Part shown: one piece after another, positions 58,499 through 64,000 of the stretch
How the letters are laid out: each line of letters opens with the position of its first letter
How positions within the stretch are numbered: the stretch's first letter is position 1
Source of the DNA: Minisyncoccota bacterium
GTDB lineage: Bacteria; Patescibacteriota; Minisyncoccia; Phycocordibacterales; DATDSR01
Assembly (NCBI GenBank): GCA_036517655.1
Contig: DATDVE010000023.1
Coordinates: 1,358 to 65,357 of the forward strand
Direction: 5' to 3'
Length of the DNA: 64,000 bases
Program-made: the position numbers and the translations under genes
Notes under the pieces: generated by a model
What the model saw: only the letters and a program-made list of their open reading frames with translations
Told to the model about the DNA's origin: nothing
Databases searched by the model: none

Positions 58499-59737
58499 AT
58501 GGAAGTTTCTGTTAAAAACGGTGAAATTGTTCTGTCGGTTAGTGAATACATTGAACGGCTTAACCTTGCTCTTGGGGGTGAGGCGGGATTCGTTGAGGGG
58601 GAAGTGACGGAGTTTAAAGCAAGTGCCAAGTGGGTCGGATTCACACTCAAGGATTCACAAAGTTCGGTGGAGAGACCGCCAACTGGCGGACTCACCGCCA
58701 CAAGTGCTGTGCTTAAGTGTGTGATGCATGCTCATATGTTTCGCCGGCTTGGCGTTGCCATCGAGGATGGTATGAGAGTCAAAGTTTATGGCGTGCCCCG
58801 GATCTCGAAGGGTTGGGGCAGTTTAGGATTATGGGTTGAGAGTATTGAGCCACTTGGTGAAGGCTCGCTTAAGAAGGCTTACGAGTTACTTTTTAAGAAA
58901 TTAACTCTCGAGGGACTATTCGCTCGCAAGCGCGAGTTGCCGGAGTTCATTTCGCGCATTGGCGTGATTAGCTCGCGCGACGGCGTAGTTCTTCAAGACC
59001 TACGCAAGAATCTCCGAAGGTTAAGCCTTCGGGTAAACTTTGTACACACCCAAGTTGAAGGCGCCGGAGCCGTGCCGGGCATCTTGCGAGCGCTCGACTA
59101 TTTTAATCGTAGCGGAAATGATTATGACTGTGTTGTGCTAATACGGGGTGGGGGATCGCTCGAGAGTTTGCAAGCTTTCAACAATGAGGAAGTTGTGCGA
59201 GCTATCTATGCAATGCCTGTACCGGTGATCGCGGGCATTGGCCACGACGTAGACGTGCCCCTCTCTGCGCTCGTGGCAGATGCAATGGCCAGCACGCCCA
59301 CGGGTGTGGCCCACATAATTAATGCTACCTGGGACGCACTTGCGCTTGGCCTGCCTGATCTAACTCGCAGGATTCACGATGGTATGAGTGACATTGTTTA
59401 CGCGCACAAGCAAAGAGTAGAACTTTTGCAGACGCGTATGCACACATACTTTGTTCAACTATTTCGCACATTTGACTTAGCCGCCGGGCGGCTAAGTAGG
59501 GCGCGAGAGAGGGTTGGGGAGAGAATTAGGGCATTGCAGGAGTATCTTGCGCGCACAGAGCGCTTGCTCACATTTTCTGATCCAATCAGGAATTTGAAAC
59601 TGGGGTATAGTTTGACGTATGTAGCGGGCAAGGTTCTCAAGAGCAAAAAAGATGCTAGAATAGGCGACACACTAGAAACTAGAGTGAGTGACGGGCTGAT
59701 TGATTCTAAAATTAGTAACATTCGCATGAATTCGTAA
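58499..59737 (+). CDS. xseA: Exonuclease VII large subunit
   Basis: VEGEV, RGGGSLE.L..FN, GIGH..D, TPT. Confidence 0.94.
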   Translation: MEVSVKNGEIVLSVSEYIERLNLALGGEAGFVEGEVTEFKASAKWVGFTLKDSQSSVERPPTGGLTATSAVLKCVMHAHMFRRLGVAIEDGMRVKVYGVPRISKGWGSLGLWVESIEPLGEGSLKKAYELLFKKLTLEGLFARKRELPEFISRIGVISSRDGVVLQDLRKNLRRLSLRVNFVHTQVEGAGAVPGILRALDYFNRSGNDYDCVVLIRGGGSLESLQAFNNEEVVRAIYAMPVPVIAGIGHDVDVPLSALVADAMASTPTGVAHIINATWDALALGLPDLTRRIHDGMSDIVYAHKQRVELLQTRMHTYFVQLFRTFDLAAGRLSRARERVGERIRALQEYLARTERLLTFSDPIRNLKLGYSLTYVAGKVLKSKKDARIGDTLETRVSDGLIDSKISNIRMNS

Positions 59738-59751
59738 ATTAGCATCGCGCT

Positions 59752-59949
59752 ATGAATAAAAGGATAAATATAAAAGAAAAACTGGGCAAACTCGAAGAGA
59801 TAGCCAGCTGGTTCGACAAGCAGAAAGAGGTAGACGTCGAAGAAGGCTTAAAAAAAGTCAAAGAAGGCAATGCCTTAGTTAAAGAATTGAGAGAGCGTTT
59901 GAGCGAAGTAGAGAACGAATTCGAAGAACTAAAGAAGGATTTGGACTAA
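59752..59949 (+). CDS. xseB: Exonuclease VII small subunit
   Basis: LEEI...E....EG..L; follows xseA. Confidence 0.88.
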   Translation: MNKRINIKEKLGKLEEIASWFDKQKEVDVEEGLKKVKEGNALVKELRERLSEVENEFEELKKDLD

Positions 59950-60796
59950 CTTGGTTACCTGGTAACCAAATGATTGATTTTTCGCGTTTGAACCAGGTCA
60001 TCTGGCGTTTGGCGTAGTTTAGGTTTTCTTTTTCTATGCTCTCTAGCATTTCTTTTTTTGTAAGTTTATTTCGCAGGTAGTTTGCAACTATTCTGTATTC
60101 TAGTCCCAACGACTCAAGGCGTTTCCAAGAGAGGCCATTTTTATGTAGCTTTTTCACCTCCCCAACCATGCCTCGGCTCATACGCCGTGTGAGCCGATCG
60201 TGAATCTTGAATCGTAATTCGTGAATCGTTGGCCTAATCCCCAGCATCACCGGCGCATACCTCGGTTCTGACTTTAACTCCGGCACTCTCCCTAATGCCT
60301 TTGCAATCTCGATTGCCCTCACTAATCTTCTGGGGTTATGCCTGTCTATTTGCCTGGCCCGAGCAGGGTCGAGGGCTTTGAGCAGTTTGAGCAGTTTGTC
60401 GTTTGTTAGTTTTTCCAAACGTGCACGAAGTTTGGGGTTTGGTTTTACCTCCGGAACTATTAATCCTTGCGTTATGGCGCTGATGTATTGCCCGGTGCCC
60501 CCCACGATTGTCGGTAATTTGTTGCGAGATAAAATGTCGTCTATTATTTTGTATGCAAGTTTCTGATACTGCGAGACATTAAACACGTGTTTAGGATTTG
60601 CCACATCTAGCATATGATGCGCCACGCCCAGCATCTCACGCTTCGTCACTTTGCCGGAGCCAATGTCTAGCCCACGATAAATTTGCCGCGAGTCGGCGCT
60701 TACAATCTCACCGTTAAATTTTTTGGCAAGTTTAATTCCAAGCGCGGATTTGCCGGAGGCGTTGGGGCCGACTATGACGAGAATCTTTGGTTTCAT
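59879..60796 (-). CDS. miaA: tRNA dimethylallyltransferase
   Basis: GPNASGKS, DSRQIY, VGGTG.Y, YAKRQMTWF. Confidence 0.96.
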   Translation of the reverse strand: MKPKILVIVGPNASGKSALGIKLAKKFNGEIVSADSRQIYRGLDIGSGKVTKREMLGVAHHMLDVANPKHVFNVSQYQKLAYKIIDDILSRNKLPTIVGGTGQYISAITQGLIVPEVKPNPKLRARLEKLTNDKLLKLLKALDPARARQIDRHNPRRLVRAIEIAKALGRVPELKSEPRYAPVMLGIRPTIHELRFKIHDRLTRRMSRGMVGEVKKLHKNGLSWKRLESLGLEYRIVANYLRNKLTKKEMLESIEKENLNYAKRQMTWFKREKSIIWLPGNQVSPNPSLVLRIRSLLRSNALSIL

Positions 60797-60860
60797 GTTT
60801 TAACTTTAAGTGACCCCCTCGACGTTTGCGTGCATATAAACGCGTCTCGGGGGCTTGTCG

Positions 60861-61109
60861 CTAGGAGCTGATGTGGACCCAGGTTCTGAGTTTGTTGACG
60901 TAAATCTCGGCCGAGCCAGACCCCACTGCTTGCTGAAGAACTGCAAGCAATACGGAAGCCTGACTCTCGTCCTTGATGTACTCGGCGAACTCATCTGCTG
61001 CGACCTCCGGCTTCATTGTCCGGTTGATAATTGCCCCTACCAATTCCCGTACACGTGAGATTGGCATGGCGCTCGGTTCATCGCGATTCTGTTGCTGGGG
61101 CAAAGACAT
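60861..61109 (-). CDS. Hypothetical protein
   Basis: AAAGGAGGTGA SD, TG-TATAAT promoter, downstream hairpin ~60812..60854. Confidence 0.65.
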   Translation of the reverse strand: MSLPQQQNRDEPSAMPISRVRELVGAIINRTMKPEVAADEFAEYIKDESQASVLLAVLQQAVGSGSAEIYVNKLRTWVHISS

Positions 61110-61163
61110 GGGTCACCTCCTTTCGAGCCTTGGGACCTTGCCCAGAGCTATTATATCACAAAA

Positions 61164-61246
61164 TGCCGGAGGAGGGACTTGAACCCTCACGCCCTTGCGA
61201 GCACAGGATTTTGAGTCCTGCGTGTCTGCCATTCCACCACTCCGGC
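61164..61246 (-). tRNA. tRNA-Leu(CAA)
   Basis: Loop CTCAAAA; long variable arm. Confidence 0.94.
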
Positions 61247-61296
61247 CTACTTCGCCAAGGCTTCGCACGCCAAGGCTGGCGTGCTAATATTATCAC

Positions 61297-62220
61297 ATGT
61301 CTGAAGAGTTGCCGTTTAGTAATTCTATTTTTTGGATTGAGGTGGGCAAGATTAGCCCTAACCCTTTCCAGCCACGCAAAGAATTTGATCAGAGGGCTCT
61401 CGAGAGCTTAGCCGATTCTATTAAGCAGTACGGCGTGCTTCAGCCACTGGTTGTGACGCGCAAGGAATTTGAGAAACCAGATGGTGGTATTGCTGTTGAG
61501 TATGAACTAATAGCGGGCGAACGCAGATTGCGCGCAAGCAAACTTGCGGGTCTCCTTCAAGTGCCTGCTGTAATCAGACCTGGTCAAGATAACGACAAAG
61601 TCAAACTCGAGATTGCAATAATAGAGAACTTGCAGCGTGAGGACCTAAACCCCATTGATCGGGCTGAAGCCTTCAAAAAACTTTTGGACGAATTTGGTTA
61701 CAAAGCGACCGAAGTGGCTAAGAAAATTGGCATGAGTCGCGAGTACGTCTCTAATACTGTGCGTATGCTTGGTCTACCAGCGCACATGATCGAGAGCATT
61801 AGGCAAGGTGAGATTACAGAAGGTCACTCGAGGCCACTGCTCATGCTCACCGATAAACCTGCCGAGCAGGAGACGCTTTATAAAGATATCAAAGTGAGGC
61901 GGCTTTCGGTGCGTGATACAGAAAGTGCCGCGCGGCATATCGCAGTTGATAAAGTGCGCAAGCATAGCCTCATAGACCCAGAGATTGCCGCGGCTGAATC
62001 GCAACTGACAGAAAAGTTTGGAACAAAAGTAGAAATCCAGAAAAAGCAAGATGGTGGCAGAATTATGATAGATTATTTCTCACCCGAAGATCTTAAAAAT
62101 CTACTCGAAAAGTTAATTGCGGGGCAGATTGTTCCCGAGACTGCAATAGACGATCGGAGCAAAGAAGAGAAACAGGAAGACGAAGGAGAGCTCTATTCTG
62201 TCTCAAACTTTACGGTGTAG
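61297..62220 (+). CDS. parB: ParB/Spo0J partition protein
   Basis: [23 protein letters not shown]. Confidence 0.93.
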   Translation: MSEELPFSNSIFWIEVGKISPNPFQPRKEFDQRALESLADSIKQYGVLQPLVVTRKEFEKPDGGIAVEYELIAGERRLRASKLAGLLQVPAVIRPGQDNDKVKLEIAIIENLQREDLNPIDRAEAFKKLLDEFGYKATEVAKKIGMSREYVSNTVRMLGLPAHMIESIRQGEITEGHSRPLLMLTDKPAEQETLYKDIKVRRLSVRDTESAARHIAVDKVRKHSLIDPEIAAAESQLTEKFGTKVEIQKKQDGGRIMIDYFSPEDLKNLLEKLIAGQIVPETAIDDRSKEEKQEDEGELYSVSNFTV

Positions 62221-63657
62221 AGCCGCTCTAATCTTCCTTCTCGCTTCCACTGTACGTGCAAATTCGAGCCATTTTCGATTTGGTCGGGCCGATTTTGAGG
62301 TCTCGATCAGAACAGTTTCGTACCCGTGCAGGGGAGTGTCGAGGGATTTGTACTTGCCATTTATCTTAGCAGCATGAGCATGGTTGCCTAGATCAGAATG
62401 TATTGCGTAAGCAAAATCGATAGGTGTAGAGCCTTCTGGCAGCTCTATCACATCGCCCGTTGGGGTGAAGACGAATATGCGGTCACGGAAGAAGTCAAGC
62501 TTCACTGCTTCAGCGAAGTCCGAAATATTTTTAGACTTCTTTGCAATCTCAAGCATCTGCTTTACCCAGACAAGACTATTAGCCCAGCGGCCACCGGTGT
62601 CCGGCTTGTCGCTCTCCTCGTACGCGACCACCGCAGCCACTCCGTACTCTGCCTCCGCGTGCATCTCTTTAGTTCTGATCTGAATCTCGGCCATGCTGCC
62701 GTCCCCCGTATAGATCGTGGTGTGGATGCTCTGGTAACCATTCGGCTTGGGGTTGGCTACGTAATCCTTCACTTTGCCAGCGACGGGCTTCCACTTAGAG
62801 TGTATTAAGCCCAGTATCTTGTAGCAGTTCTCAACTGTGTCAGTCACGATCCTAAGAGCGAGCAAATCTCGGATCTTGTCTATCTCGAAGTTGTAGCGTC
62901 CAAGTTTCTTCCACAGACTGTACATATTCTTTAGACGGTAATCTACCTCAATTATGTTGATATTCTCTTTGGAGAAATACTTGCGCAACGAGCGATAGAT
63001 TTTCTCGAGGTTCTTGGTAGCTATCGGCGCCCTTTTCTTAAGCAACTTGCTTACTTTGGCATATTCGTCGGGGTAAACGTAAGGAAAGGCGAGAGTCTCA
63101 AATTGTGCCTTCACTCTACCCATACCTAATCTGTTTGCAAGGGGAGCATAGACCTCGAGAGTCTCAAGGGCCACTTGTTTCTGGTCCTCCCTACTTCTCC
63201 TGCTAAGTACTTCCATGGTATGCAACCTATGTGCGAAGGCGATGAAGATTATGCGCAAGTCCTTGGCGAATACGACAAAAAATCTGCGCAAGTCCTCTAC
63301 ATGCTTCTCAAGGCCTTTGTAATGAATGTCAGTCAGGCTCCTGGTGCCCTTTATCAGATTGAGCACCTCTATTCCAAATTCTCTTTTGACGTCCTCTTCG
63401 CTCGCGTCTCCACTTCCTGTTGTGCTGTGGATGAGACCCGCAACTATAACTATGGTAGGCAGTTTCCAGGAGGCCAAGGTCTTGGCTGTTTCGACACAGT
63501 GGGAGATGTATGGTTCTCCGGATTTGCGCGCACGACCCTCAAGATGCACCTGCGCGAACTTGTAGGCGCGAGCTATCAGAGCTTCGTCCGCCGCACTTTG
63601 CCGGCCAGTGAGCTTAGTTATTTCTTGGAGAGCTTGTGTGGATTGTGGTTCGGGCAT
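62203..63657 (-). CDS. RelA/SpoT homolog (degenerate HD, SYNTH, TGS)
   Basis: R.SGEPY..H, YAPLA.RLG, KPNGYQS.HT, EIQIRT, DFAYAIH. Confidence 0.92.
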   Translation of the reverse strand: MPEPQSTQALQEITKLTGRQSAADEALIARAYKFAQVHLEGRARKSGEPYISHCVETAKTLASWKLPTIVIVAGLIHSTTGSGDASEEDVKREFGIEVLNLIKGTRSLTDIHYKGLEKHVEDLRRFFVVFAKDLRIIFIAFAHRLHTMEVLSRRSREDQKQVALETLEVYAPLANRLGMGRVKAQFETLAFPYVYPDEYAKVSKLLKKRAPIATKNLEKIYRSLRKYFSKENINIIEVDYRLKNMYSLWKKLGRYNFEIDKIRDLLALRIVTDTVENCYKILGLIHSKWKPVAGKVKDYVANPKPNGYQSIHTTIYTGDGSMAEIQIRTKEMHAEAEYGVAAVVAYEESDKPDTGGRWANSLVWVKQMLEIAKKSKNISDFAEAVKLDFFRDRIFVFTPTGDVIELPEGSTPIDFAYAIHSDLGNHAHAAKINGKYKSLDTPLHGYETVLIETSKSARPNRKWLEFARTVEARRKIRAALHRKV

Positions 63658-64000
63658 TGTTTATTCGAGCAACGCTCTGGGATTGTTTTGGTCCCCTCCA
63701 TTTTTAAACTGCCGCAGAGTTCGCAAAGTTTGCCTGTAGGCTTGCTCTTTGTGATATTTTTACAGTCCGGATAATTCGAGCAGCTATAAAATAGGCCAAA
63801 CCTACCCCTCTTTTCTATCATTGTTCCGGTTTTACAGATCGGACACGTTACGCCTGTGTCGGCTCGCTTCCTAGCCTCCTCGTCAACCTTTACGTACTTG
63901 CACTTGGGGTATCGCGAGCAAGCAATGAATGTGCCATATTTGCCTGATCGCTCAACCAGCATGCCGCCTGCCTGCGCAGGCAGGCCTCCCTTCCCCTTTT
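63618..64000 (-). CDS. topA: DNA topoisomerase I C-terminal zinc ribbons (start outside window)
   Basis: CSRYPKC, CPIC, CSNYPDC, CELCG. Confidence 0.88.
   Translation of the reverse strand, partial: KGKGGLPAQAGGMLVERSGKYGTFIACSRYPKCKYVKVDEEARKRADTGVTCPICKTGTMIEKRGRFGLFYSCSNYPDCKNITKSKPTGKLCELCGSLKMEGTKTIPERCSNKQCPNHNPHKLSKK

Noticed and set aside
1-64000. CRISPR array, cas genes, reverse transcriptase/DGR, integrase or prophage
   Set aside because: No regularly spaced repeat-spacer array, no RT (YxDD), tyrosine/serine integrase or phage structural motifs were recognised
1-64000. Alternative genetic code (TGA=Gly)
   Set aside because: Conserved genes such as lepA, clpB and gyrA end at TGA at their expected lengths, and core genes are not interrupted by TGA

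Overview
A 64-kb chromosomal segment with the gene content and compact proteins typical of a Patescibacteria/CPR (Parcubacteria-like) genome, standard code 11; the lineage call is an inference. It carries housekeeping genes (nrdJ, murJ, lepA, liv ABC, valS, tsaD, ftsZ/ftsA, hisS, lepB, pth, rpsA, gyrA, rbfA, infB, clpB, rpmG, xseAB, miaA, parB, rel, topA end), RNase P RNA, 13 tRNAs, a lexA-dinB cassette, an 8-gene pilin-like array interrupted by a GC-rich island, two REP-flanked HUH (RAYT/TnpA-REP) transposases and a tRNA-linked GIY-YIG nuclease. The most unusual signal is a layer of small repeats below gene level. One ~30-nt hairpin family (GAA/GAA or GTA/GAA internal loop) occurs four times inside RNase P RNA, abuts the 5' ends of five tRNAs, sits in frame inside dinB and tsaD, and flanks the island. 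Several other palindrome families and 7-8-mer tandem repeats are inserted in frame in essential proteins. A structured element with a tRNA 3'-end duplication and an anti-T-arm segment follows tRNA-Cys. All calls come from reading the sequence; no searches were run.
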